Assembly: GCA_963836075.1 (NCBI GenBank)
Contig: CAWIIB010000001.1
Coordinates: forward strand, 1,664,001 to 1,728,000
Direction of reading: 5' to 3'
DNA from: an uncultured Acidobacteriota bacterium
GTDB lineage: Bacteria; Acidobacteriota; JAQAZP01
DNA length: 64,000 nucleotides
The position numbers and the translations under genes were made by a program. Within the stretch, counting starts at the first letter, position 1; each line of letters opens with the position of its first letter. Positions 9,834 to 19,199 of the stretch are shown piece after piece. The notes under the pieces are model-generated. The model saw only the letters and a list, made by a program, of their open reading frames with translations, ran no database searches and had not been told where the DNA came from.

Positions 9834-10841
9834 ATGGGTGTACCGGCAATGATCGAAGAACCTGCCGCGGGCAAGGTCGCGCCTGTCCCGATCCCGGTCA
9901 CGGTGGTGGCCGGGTTTCTCGGGGCGGGTAAGACCACGCTGGTCAACCATATCCTGAACGGGAATCACGGGCAGCGCATCGCGGTTGTGGTCAATGATTT
10001 CGGGTCGATCAATATCGATTCCGAGCTGATCACCAATCTTGGCCAGGGCATGGTGAGTCTGGCCAACGGGTGTATCTGTTGCGTGATCCGCAGCGACTTG
10101 ATCAGCGCGGTGCTGACCCTGGCCGGTGAGGCCGATCGGCCGGAGCATATCATCATCGAATCGAGCGGGGTAGCGAATCCGGCCAGTGTGGAGCGGGCGT
10201 TCATGCTGCCGGAAATATGGCACACGGCGCAGTACGCGGGCACCGTCAGCGTGGTGGATGCCGACCAGGTGCGGTCGCTCACCGATGAGCAGGCCGCGTT
10301 GGCGGAACAGCAAATACGAGGCGGCGACCTGATTGTCCTGAACAAGGTCGACCTGGTGAGTGATACCCGGGTTGCCGAGGTTCGTGCCTTGCTGGAGACC
10401 ATCAAGCCCGGGATACAAATCATTGAAACGACCCACTGCGACCTGCCCGTGGAGCTCCTGCTGGGTGGCCGCAGCGTTGATCGGCACAGTTCAGTCCCCG
10501 ATACGACAGAGGGCCGCCACGAGCATGACCAGGTCTTTGAAAGCTGGAGTTACGAATCGGGGCGGCCGCTGCAGTTGGGCCTGTTTCAGGAACTGCTGAA
10601 ACATCTCCCCCGGGATATCATCCGGGCCAAAGGGTTTGTCTTCGCCGCCGACGCCCCGCACAAGCGCTATCTTCTCCAGCTTGTGGGGAGACGGGCCACC
10701 ATCGCGGTGAACGGGGCATGGAATGGGCAACCACCAAAAACCCGCTTGGTGTTCATTGCCAAAAGTAATTCGGTGAACTTTCAGGCCGTCGAGCAGGCCC
10801 TGAATGGCTGTATGCCTGTTAACCAAAGGATAGAAAAATGA
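9834..10841 (+). CDS. CobW/COG0523-family G3E metallochaperone GTPase
   Basis: GFLGAGKTT, NDFG, GCICC, ESSG, NKVD, C-terminal RAKG. Confidence 0.92.
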   Translation: MGVPAMIEEPAAGKVAPVPIPVTVVAGFLGAGKTTLVNHILNGNHGQRIAVVVNDFGSINIDSELITNLGQGMVSLANGCICCVIRSDLISAVLTLAGEADRPEHIIIESSGVANPASVERAFMLPEIWHTAQYAGTVSVVDADQVRSLTDEQAALAEQQIRGGDLIVLNKVDLVSDTRVAEVRALLETIKPGIQIIETTHCDLPVELLLGGRSVDRHSSVPDTTEGRHEHDQVFESWSYESGRPLQLGLFQELLKHLPRDIIRAKGFVFAADAPHKRYLLQLVGRRATIAVNGAWNGQPPKTRLVFIAKSNSVNFQAVEQALNGCMPVNQRIEK

Positions 10842-12079
10842 AACCCCACAACACCGGAAGCAGAGAACCGTTCGATGATGTCTGCCGCTTTCTCATCAAG
10901 CTCGGCAAGGCGGCTCATGACTACGGCTCGACGTCGGGCCGTCTCGAGATCTACCTCTCCCGCCTGACGGCGGCACTCGGCTATTCCGGCGCGTTCCGGG
11001 TCACGCCGACGGAAATGACCTTCGCCTTCCAGGAAGACCAGGCGCAACCGCAGCGAATGCACATGACATCGCTGCCCGCCGGCGGGCTCGACCTGGACAA
11101 GCTGGCGCGGGTCGGCGACATGATTGACGACATTGAAAACGGAGCCCTCTCCCTTGCCGACGCGGCGACCCGATTGGATGAGATCGGGAAAACAGCGCTG
11201 CCCTGGGGCCAGCTGGCCAATGCGCTCAGCTACGTGCTTATCGGCGCCGGCATTGCGGTCATCTTTGCCGGCAGCTGGTGGGATACGCTCTTCGCCGCTA
11301 TTTTCAGCCTGGTTGTCTTCGGGGTGATCGTTCTTTCCGGCCGCTTCGGGACGTTCGCCGCGGAGTGGCTTCCCCTGACCACCGCGTTCGTGGCCGCCGC
11401 ACTGACCGCCGTCACCCAACTGTTCGTTCCCCAATTGAACCTGGTGCTGGTGACCCTGTCAGCCATCGTTGTGCTGCTCCCCGGCTACACGATCAGTCTG
11501 GGGATCATCGAGCTGGTGGGACAGCAAACAGTCAGCGGCACCGCCAACCTGATGAGAGGGTTGGTCTACCTGGTGAAACAGATCCTGGGCGCCTGGCTGG
11601 GAGCGGCCCTGGTCCTGGCCCTCCTGCCGCGGGATGCCGCGGCCTTCGGCACACCGGTGAACCCTCAGTGGCTCTGGCTGTTCATGCCGCTGCTCATCGT
11701 TGCCCTCTGCGTGGTTTTTCAGACATCGCGCCGGGATCTCATCTGGGCCGCCCTGGGCTGCGGCATCGCCTACGGCGGGATTCTGCTGGGCAGCACGCTG
11801 GTGGGCGGAAACCTGGGGAACCTGCTGGGCACGGTGGTGGCGGTGGCCTTCGCCAATCTGTGGGCCCGGCAAACCGGGCGGCCGACGTCGATTGTCCTGC
11901 TCCCCGCCATCATCCTGCTGGTCAGCGGCAGCATCGGGTTCCGCGGGCTGGCGGCCATGGCAGCCGGCCAGGCGGCCACTGGGGAGCAGCAGTTTGTCCA
12001 GATGTTCATCGTCGCGCTGACCATTGCGGCAGGCGTGTTTATCGGGAACACCATCATACGGCCCAAAGCCACCCTGTGA
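10838..12079 (+). CDS. ThrE-family threonine/serine exporter
   Basis: About 10 TM helices; LLPG, LVSGSIGFR and N-terminal YG..S.RLE signatures; ATGA overlap with the CobW gene. Confidence 0.85.
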   Translation: MKPHNTGSREPFDDVCRFLIKLGKAAHDYGSTSGRLEIYLSRLTAALGYSGAFRVTPTEMTFAFQEDQAQPQRMHMTSLPAGGLDLDKLARVGDMIDDIENGALSLADAATRLDEIGKTALPWGQLANALSYVLIGAGIAVIFAGSWWDTLFAAIFSLVVFGVIVLSGRFGTFAAEWLPLTTAFVAAALTAVTQLFVPQLNLVLVTLSAIVVLLPGYTISLGIIELVGQQTVSGTANLMRGLVYLVKQILGAWLGAALVLALLPRDAAAFGTPVNPQWLWLFMPLLIVALCVVFQTSRRDLIWAALGCGIAYGGILLGSTLVGGNLGNLLGTVVAVAFANLWARQTGRPTSIVLLPAIILLVSGSIGFRGLAAMAAGQAATGEQQFVQMFIVALTIAAGVFIGNTIIRPKATL

Positions 12080-12098
12080 GCCGGAAGGAGGAACGGAG

Positions 12099-13442
12099 AT
12101 GAAGAGAATCCTGGCTTTGCTGCTCCTAGTTGTGGCCGTCCCGGCATCGGCTCAGCAGGCGCCGGCCGACCCCCCCGGGCCGGACCAGCCTGCAGTTGAG
12201 GCTGCAGCGACGGACCAGACGCCGGTTCAGAAGCGGGAAGAGACGGTTTTCGAGAAACTGGCCAAGGACCCCCACAATCAGCGGTACGGACGCACCTATG
12301 GTGACGGCTGGATCCCGGTCCCCGGCACCAGGTCCGATGTACGGTTCGGCGGTTTCATACAGCTCAACGTCATCCACGATTTCCAGAATAGTGGATTCCC
12401 CTATGGCGACTTCATCCCGGCCCTGATCCCGGTGCCCACGGATGACACGACGAACACCGAGTTCGATGCGCGCACCAGCCGCGGGACATTCGAGTCACGG
12501 ACCTACACCGACAACGCGGGTTCGATCAAGTCCATGATTTCCATGGATTTCGCCGGAAACGAGACCGCCAGCTCGATCCAGCCGCGTCTGCGTCAAGCCT
12601 ATGTGTCATGGGTCGGCCCGCAGAGCAATATTTCCTTTACCGCCGGTCAGGCGTGGACCACCTACCTCGACCTTGGTGTCTGGCCCGAGCTGTTCGACCT
12701 GGAAGGCCCCAATGCCATGACCGGTGTCCGCCAGGGGCTGCTGCGCGGCTCCTATGCCTTTGGGGAAAAGAAGAACCTGGTCTTCGACCTCGCACTGGAA
12801 CAACCCGAGACCGCGGTGGCCAACGGGAACGGTCTGCGGGACATGCCGGATCTTGCGGCCCGGCTGAACTGGCAGAAGGACTGGGGTCACCTCCAGGGCA
12901 CGGCCATCGGCCGGCAGCTGGTGGCGGAGAGCATGGCGGGAGAGGGCAAGGACTCGGCTTTCGGCTGGGGGTTGTCGCTGTCCGGCAACTGGCTGGTGCC
13001 GGGCACCAAACGGACCAGCGCGCCCTCCGACGACTTGGGGCCGCGCCAGGACAACATCCAGTTCCAGATCCAGGGCGGCAGCGGCATCGGCCGCTACGTC
13101 TTCGACCCCGGCGCGGCGCCCACACCCCAGGACGCGGTCTACGACGACGCCACGGCGGAGCTCACCCCCCTGGACCAGTTCGGCGCTTTTGTGGCCTACC
13201 ACCACTGGTGGACCAACAAGCTGCGCTCCGCAGTCATCTACGGCTTCGTGCGAATGGACAACCTGGAGATACAGCCCGAGACCGTTCTGGAGGGCAGCAC
13301 CTATGCCGCGGCAAACCTCATCTACCGGCCGTTTCGCCGGATGGACATCGGCCTCGAGTATTACTACGGCGAACGTTCGAACAAGGACGGTGAGACCGGT
13401 CATGCCAACCGGGTGCTGCTGGGCGTGAATTTCGGGTTCTAA
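12099..13442 (+). CDS. DcaP-like outer-membrane porin
   Basis: Signal peptide; VRFGGFIQL, RLRQAY, GQAWT, PDLAAR, YHHWW; C-terminal Phe. Confidence 0.85.
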   Translation: MKRILALLLLVVAVPASAQQAPADPPGPDQPAVEAAATDQTPVQKREETVFEKLAKDPHNQRYGRTYGDGWIPVPGTRSDVRFGGFIQLNVIHDFQNSGFPYGDFIPALIPVPTDDTTNTEFDARTSRGTFESRTYTDNAGSIKSMISMDFAGNETASSIQPRLRQAYVSWVGPQSNISFTAGQAWTTYLDLGVWPELFDLEGPNAMTGVRQGLLRGSYAFGEKKNLVFDLALEQPETAVANGNGLRDMPDLAARLNWQKDWGHLQGTAIGRQLVAESMAGEGKDSAFGWGLSLSGNWLVPGTKRTSAPSDDLGPRQDNIQFQIQGGSGIGRYVFDPGAAPTPQDAVYDDATAELTPLDQFGAFVAYHHWWTNKLRSAVIYGFVRMDNLEIQPETVLEGSTYAAANLIYRPFRRMDIGLEYYYGERSNKDGETGHANRVLLGVNFGF

Positions 13443-13467
13443 AGGAACAGAATCAAAAGGAGTGGCA

Positions 13468-13806
13468 ATGGCACAGACCAAACGGATCGACCGTGAGCAG
13501 TGGGCGGACTTCGCGGTTTCATTCTCCAACGGCAACAAGGGCCGAAGCGTGAAGGTGGAGTTGCTGGGCAGCGAACTGGGTGCACAGACCCTGGTGAACG
13601 GGGCATCGTTCTTCGCGCTGGATCGGGATCCCGAGGGCAAGGGGGACGACGTGGAGATCTCGCTGGGCAAGAAAGCGCCCGACAACTTTCACACGATCCA
13701 GGGCCCGTCCGAGATCTGGCGGCACCAGGACGACAACGGCGCTGTCACCGGCCTGGAAATCATTGACCTCGAGGGTCAGAAAACGATCCTCACCTTTTCC
13801 GAATGA
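13468..13806 (+). CDS. DUF5335-like small protein
   Basis: I.REQW..F...FS..NKGR.V.VE..G.ELG.Q and H.I..P.EIW patterns. Confidence 0.7.
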   Translation: MAQTKRIDREQWADFAVSFSNGNKGRSVKVELLGSELGAQTLVNGASFFALDRDPEGKGDDVEISLGKKAPDNFHTIQGPSEIWRHQDDNGAVTGLEIIDLEGQKTILTFSE

Positions 13807-14090
13807 CGGAGTCGGGGCATCAGTCCTTGACGACGATTGGTTGACCACGCCGGCTATCCGCGTTCGCTCGGTGCTTCGAGAACTGGAGGAAAACCATGAA
13901 CCCATATGTCCAGGCCATGGTGACGATGTTGGCCGTCCACACTCCAACGGGATGAGCGACAGCCGGCGGAAAAATTGAGGATTCATAGACATTGGTTGGG
14001 GGAAGCACTATCTTTCCTTAAATTCCGAGTGATTCGCGCATCGACGTGATGCGGCACACCCGGTGCGTTGTATCGATCGAGGATGTATCG

Positions 14091-15690
14091 ATGAAGAGTC
14101 TGCAACTCGCTTTTGTCTTCTTGCTTGGTATCGTGATCGCGGTGCCTTGCGCAGCGACTGGGTCCGGCTCGGTGTCTGCGGAGGTGGACGATCTGCTTGA
14201 TCGAGCCGATGCTCTCGTGCAGTTGGGCGTGATCGAGAAAGGCGCCGGCCGGTCCTTCGAAGATGCCTTCGACCTTGTGGATGCCGCGGCCGAACGCCTC
14301 ACGGACTCCAGCTTTTCACCTGACGAGCGACAGGCCCTGGCGCTCGAGATCGACGCGATCAGGGAAGATCTCGAGCTGATGGTGGAGCTGAATGAAGAAC
14401 GGTTCTACGGCAGGTTCCGCCTGACTCGCCTGGTCATCCCGACCCTGTTCAGCGGGGACGAATCCGAGGGCCCCGAACAACTGATTCATCCACCGCGGTT
14501 GGCGGCGACAGAGATCGCGGCCCGCAAATTCACTAACGAAATCCGCCGCTTCGATCATCCTCGTCTGGTGATGAGAAGCTCATCGGCGGACTGCAAGTAC
14601 GACAATGTGACATTGCGAATGAATCTCGGTGACGAGCGATCACTCCCCGTCACCCGGAGAGAACTGGTTCGAGCGCTGAGCACGGACGAGATGCGGGACT
14701 TCGATGGAGGGTCGAACGACCCGGAGTTGATCGGCCGGCTCCTTGATGTCTGCGATGCGGCCAGCCTGGTGGTATTGACCGTGGAGCCGGTCACCGTGAT
14801 CGACGAGTTAACGGAGAAAGTGGTCTTTCGTGGAGACGTGTTCCTTACCGGTGAGGCGGTCCAGGGAAGCCCCATCGGTGCAAGCGTTGTCATCCGCAGT
14901 TCGAGCTTCGTGTCCTACGGCATAGTGCGAGATCGCCGGGACCAGTTCTGGCCAATCGTTGGAGTGCAAATGCTGATGCTCGCGCTGGCCATGACCTGGG
15001 CCGCGCGCTTGCGGTGGAGTCTCGACCGGCCCCTGAAGCCGTTCTACCGGCTGGGGATCGGCCTGGTCCTGTTCATCTTCGGCCGGGTCTTCGTTCTCGT
15101 CGCCCTGGTGGTGATGCAGAAAGCGATTCCCGATTCCAGCGCCCTGGCGCTGGTGGCCTGGTGGTGGCCCGCGATCCTGGGCCTGCTGGCCATTCTCGGA
15201 GTCGGCCTGGTGGCCTGGCTCGGCCAGGCGCGATTGACGAATATCATCCCCGGCGCTCGTGGAGAGCGGGCCGTGGGGTCGATTTTTGCACTCACGGCAC
15301 TGGGTGCCGCTTCGGTACTTCGTGGCGCCGCTGCTGCTGCTCGATGGATTCTCGGGATTCGCATGTCTGGTGCCGTTCATCCTGGCCAGCCTCGGTCTGG
15401 CGCTGCTGTTCGGGTTCTCGGCGCGAACCGGCCCCCCCGTTCCCTACTGGTTCATGATCGGCCCCCTGTTCGCCGCTCCACTGGTGGGCGTCAGCCTCCT
15501 GATGGCTTCACCTGGATGGCTCTGGGCCAGTGTGGGTCTGACGGGTGCGATCGGTCTGGCCGCCTGGATACGGCACCGCTACGCAGTGGCACACGGCACG
15601 GAAGAACCCGAGCCGACGCCGGAAGAGGCCGTGGCCGCCGATCAGGAAAAACTGTCCAAACTGCACAAGAGACTCTCCAGGAAGTCCTAG
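14091..15690 (+). CDS. Hypothetical membrane protein (periplasmic N-terminal domain plus multi-TM C-terminus); frameshift near 15315
   Basis: Signal peptide at 14091; TM-rich sequence continues in the 15259..15690 frame (FVAPLLLLDG...LSRKS). Confidence 0.7.
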
Positions 15691-15722
15691 CCCTTCGCCC
15701 CGCTATCCTCTGCCAGGCAGGA

Positions 15723-15830
15723 TCAGCCGGTGGCGTCCTGCTCGCTGAGCTTGGCGCATTGCCGGAGGAAGAACTCGCGCGACCAGAGTTCCAATGACGG
15801 CAGTTCACTGGGTTTCACGAATCGGTGAAC
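15723..15830 (-). pseudogene. Orphan duplicate of the abiEii 3' end
   Basis: 15747-15824 matches 17137-17214 (75/78); reads HRFVKPSELPSLELWSREFFLRQCAKLSEQDATG*. Confidence 0.85.
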
Positions 15831-15855
15831 CTGCGGTCATCCGACTGAAGCCCGA

Positions 15856-17052
15856 TCAGCACAGATATCCAGGCAGGAAGAGGGGAAGACGCTGCTTTTC
15901 CGGAGCAGCAGTGTGGGCGAAGATGATCTTGCGATCGATCTTGACGCCTTTGAACTGTTGCCGGCCTTTCCCCGGGCCACCGATTTCAATCGCAATCTTT
16001 TTTGGTGCGTCCTCGATGAGGTAGTCCGGTGTCTTGGCACCCCGGGTGCTCTTTAAATACTGCAGGCGGATGCCGGCCTGCCTCATCGCCTCCACAAAGT
16101 AATCCTCCCGCAGCCCTCCCACGGCATCGTCGTAGTCCCGGTAGAGCAGGCGGCTTGGTGGCGCCATCAGCACCTTCGGTTCACGAAGGACATTCGTCCC
16201 CGCCGGAAAAACCCGATGGAGGATGAACGCCCTTTCGAGGCATCCGACATACTGTTCCGCCTTGTACTTGGTGATGCCCAGGTTCCGGGAGAGGCTGGAG
16301 TAGTTGATTCCGTCAACCGCGGAGCGTCCGACAAAACGGAGCAGACGCCTGATCGATTCCAGTTCATCGATGTGCAGACGAGCCACCGAGGGGATGTCCC
16401 TGGTGATGACCTTCTCGACGATACTCTCCAGGAGGACAAGCGGCCGCGGTTCCTCCAGGGAAAAAGGCAGGATCCCACCCTGGAGATAGTCCTCGAAGAA
16501 CCGCCCGGAACGAAGGTGCTCTGGTTCCCAGTCCCCCGCGATGATCTGCTCCAGGTCGAGCGGGGGCAGGGAGATGTCCTGTGCGAAAGCCAGGTATTCG
16601 CGAAACGAGAAGCCGTGAAGATCGATCAGCCGCACACGGCGCGACAAATCGTGGGCGGATGCACGCATCGCCAGCGCCACGGAACTCGAAAACAGGATCC
16701 GGACATCGACAAAGTCATACAACCGCTTGAGCAGCGCCGTGGAATCCGGAAGAAAATGGATCTCATCCAGAAGGAACGTCCGAAACCGATAGTGCTGGTT
16801 CAGCTTTCGAATCAGCTCCCAGGCATCATCGTCCCGGCCGAGCGTGTCAGCGGACAGGTAGAACGCGTCCTCGTGATCGACGGCAAACTGTCTCAGGAGC
16901 ACCGTCTTGCCGACCCCCCGGGCGCCGACGATTCCCACAAAATGCCGGCCTCCGTCATGCTCCAGTTGCGGGTAGAGGAAGCGCTTTCGGCCGTATTTCC
17001 GGCCATCCTGCTTCGCCAGTTCATGAAGTTCCAGCAGTCGATGAATGTCCAT
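15856..17052 (-). CDS. AAA+ ATPase (AAA_14/DUF4143-type)
   Basis: Walker A GARGVGKT, Walker B FLLDEIH, DLSRR, GGILPF, C-terminal PD..IEIGG nuclease-like motif. Confidence 0.88.
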   Translation of the reverse strand: MDIHRLLELHELAKQDGRKYGRKRFLYPQLEHDGGRHFVGIVGARGVGKTVLLRQFAVDHEDAFYLSADTLGRDDDAWELIRKLNQHYRFRTFLLDEIHFLPDSTALLKRLYDFVDVRILFSSSVALAMRASAHDLSRRVRLIDLHGFSFREYLAFAQDISLPPLDLEQIIAGDWEPEHLRSGRFFEDYLQGGILPFSLEEPRPLVLLESIVEKVITRDIPSVARLHIDELESIRRLLRFVGRSAVDGINYSSLSRNLGITKYKAEQYVGCLERAFILHRVFPAGTNVLREPKVLMAPPSRLLYRDYDDAVGGLREDYFVEAMRQAGIRLQYLKSTRGAKTPDYLIEDAPKKIAIEIGGPGKGRQQFKGVKIDRKIIFAHTAAPEKQRLPLFLPGYLC

Positions 17053-17075
17053 GAAAACCCACCTTTATGCGGAAC

Positions 17076-17104
17076 ATTAAACAAGATGACATACATTTTG
17101 TCAA
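17076..17104 (-). promoter_or_regulatory. Sigma70 promoter of the ATPase gene
   Basis: Minus strand TTGACA-N17-TTTAAT, overlapping the abiEii stop codon. Confidence 0.7.
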
Positions 17105-17979
17105 ATCATTTTACGAGATGAGTGTGGCCCGCCACCGAGCTTGGCGCATTGCCGGAGGAAGAACTCGCGCGACCAGAGTTCCAGTGACGGCAGTTCATTT
17201 GGTTTCACGAATCGCTGCACATCCCGCCGGGCCTGCATCCAGTCATGTTCCGCAATCATGGTGCGGAGTTGTTCCACACACCAGGCGTTATCGGTCTTCG
17301 GGGACTGACCTTTCCATGGTCCCTGCTGATCCAGAGCGGCGGAGAGCAACTCGTGGTTTATCGGTGTTCTCCGAGCCGTGTACCAGATGAAGTCGTACCA
17401 GTCGCGGCCCTTGAGATAGGTGCGGCACAGCAGAGCGTGGAGCTTGCCCGCAAAAAGGCTGGGCAGGTCGAAAATGCGCACCGCGGCGGGAAACGGATAG
17501 TCCAGAACCGGCATGTCGTATGAAGCCCCCGCCGGCGGATTGGTATCCACTTCCAGCTTGATCCGCAGCTTCCGCATGCGACCGGCCGGAGACCGGTAAT
17601 CGAGGCGCAGCAACTTGCCCACCGAGTCGTCTTTGACAAAGGCCTGTTGTACCGTTGCGCCGGCCCTGGAGCGGTCATCGATCTCCAGCTCATAGCCATA
17701 GACCACCAACTCCCGGCGAACCCGTTCAAGATAGGGGGAAAGCCGAAACGCCGGGTCCGGTGCGGCGAGGGCGAAGTCCATGTCTTCCGAAAACCGGTTC
17801 AGGCTATGGAAGATGCGCAGACATGTGCCGCCCTGGAATCCGGCCCGGCCAAAAAGATCCGTCCGACCCAGGCCGGCAAGAATGATCTCCTGGGTGATTT
17901 CGCGCAGGGCCTGATCTTCCTCGAGCGTGGATTTGCAGGCATACGCGGCAAGCCGCTCCTGGATGATTTCGACACTCAC
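17101..17979 (-). CDS. abiEii: Type IV toxin, AbiEii-family nucleotidyltransferase
   Basis: FQGGTCLRIFHSLNRFSEDMDF, IKLEVDTNPP, AGKLHA, KGRDWYDF. Confidence 0.92.
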   Translation of the reverse strand: MSVEIIQERLAAYACKSTLEEDQALREITQEIILAGLGRTDLFGRAGFQGGTCLRIFHSLNRFSEDMDFALAAPDPAFRLSPYLERVRRELVVYGYELEIDDRSRAGATVQQAFVKDDSVGKLLRLDYRSPAGRMRKLRIKLEVDTNPPAGASYDMPVLDYPFPAAVRIFDLPSLFAGKLHALLCRTYLKGRDWYDFIWYTARRTPINHELLSAALDQQGPWKGQSPKTDNAWCVEQLRTMIAEHDWMQARRDVQRFVKPNELPSLELWSREFFLRQCAKLGGGPHSSRKMI

Positions 17980-18623
17980 AGGTTCAGATCCTTTCTGAGG
18001 CCGGCCAGGAAGCGGGACACCCGGCCGGGTTTATAGGCAGACGCGACTTCATCAAACATTTCGCCGGTCAACTCGGCCAAAGATTCGCCTTCAACACGCA
18101 GGCTCTCCACCACCGGGGCGGCGGAACGCCAGTCACACCGCTGGACGTACACATGGTCGGCCAACGCCTTGAGCGGGGTTGCCAGAAACAAGGATCCACT
18201 CCCTTCTACCGAGACCCGGCGAACCCCCGCCAGAAACCGGAGTTGGGGAACGCGGGTGAAGCTGAACAGCCCGACCGGTGTGTCGAAAGTCCGTGATCGT
18301 CCCAGGGAAACACTGGTAACGGATTGCACTCCTTCCGGAATCCAACCATGGTGCGAGAGGGCGGTTTCCAGGCTGACATAGCTCGGGCCGTGAATGAGCT
18401 GGGCCAATTCCAGAGGATTGATTTTGTCATGAGTGAACCGGCTGGACAGGCAGTAGAGCCCCCTGTATACGCGCCAGACCTCTCCACTGGCCACGGCCCT
18501 CTTGAGCAGGGCGTCCAGGCGCGGACCGCCGCTCCCAACCCAGAGAGCTGCCTGGTCCCTGGTAAAGACACCTCGTTTCGCCCTTGTGAGAGCAATTTCC
18601 GTCACTGTCTGCATGTGCACCAT
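17976..18623 (-). CDS. abiEi: Type IV antitoxin, AbiEi-family
   Basis: RGLYC, PSYVSLETALSHHGWIPE, ATPLKAL.D; overlaps the toxin start. Confidence 0.88.
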   Translation of the reverse strand: MVHMQTVTEIALTRAKRGVFTRDQAALWVGSGGPRLDALLKRAVASGEVWRVYRGLYCLSSRFTHDKINPLELAQLIHGPSYVSLETALSHHGWIPEGVQSVTSVSLGRSRTFDTPVGLFSFTRVPQLRFLAGVRRVSVEGSGSLFLATPLKALADHVYVQRCDWRSAAPVVESLRVEGESLAELTGEMFDEVASAYKPGRVSRFLAGLRKDLNL

Positions 18624-18642
18624 ACTGTCATATAACGACAGT
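18624..18642. promoter_or_regulatory. Putative AbiEi autoregulatory operator
   Basis: ACTGTC-N7-GACAGT inverted repeat directly upstream of the antitoxin start. Confidence 0.5.
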
Positions 18643-18771
18643 TAAACGCAACAGCATGAGTTCATTTCTAAAAACTGGTCGAATTCATACAAATTCGGTC
18701 CACATCCATCACCAGAAACCACCCCCCGATGCAAGTTGTGATGCCGCCTTCCCCCCTCCCCTCCTCCGGGG

Positions 18772-18855
18772 TACGCCAAATATACCACTCCAATTACCAC
18801 CCTTGGGGAATTTACAGATTCCATGCAAAAAAGCTAGATTCACCATATTCCAGTG
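18772..18855 (+). promoter_or_regulatory. Tandem-repeat promoter upstream of the DUF1254/sulfatase operon
   Basis: TACGCCAAATA/TACCACTCCAAT/TACCACCCTTGG then TTTACA-N18-TAGATT. Confidence 0.75.
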
Positions 18856-18936
18856 GTTTCTTTATCTCGCAAGAACGGAATCGAAAGCGGTGACCTGCCG
18901 CCCTACCAATATCTGAACGGATTTGGGGAGCAAAAC

Positions 18937-19182
18937 ATGGAAAAACCGATCACTTACAGAATCCGGGTGCGCGGCGTGCTCTCCCAGGAATGGTCCGAAC
19001 GGCTGGCTGACATGGCCATCACCGTGGACCGTTCCAGCGAGAAAGGGCCGGTCACCACGCTGGAGGGCCGGCTGAGGGACCAGGCCGCTTTGTCGGGCGT
19101 ACTGAACTCGCTCTACGAGCTGCACCTGCCGGTACTCTCGGTGGACTCTCTGGATGAGGTTAAGGCTGATATCACGCACTAA
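18937..19182 (+). CDS. Small MalT-like-regulator-associated protein (copy 2)
   Basis: YRIRVRGVL..EWSERL...TTLEGRLRDQAALSGVLNSLYELHLPVLSV. Confidence 0.8.
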   Translation: MEKPITYRIRVRGVLSQEWSERLADMAITVDRSSEKGPVTTLEGRLRDQAALSGVLNSLYELHLPVLSVDSLDEVKADITH

Positions 19183-19199
19183 AACCAAGGAGAATCAAG

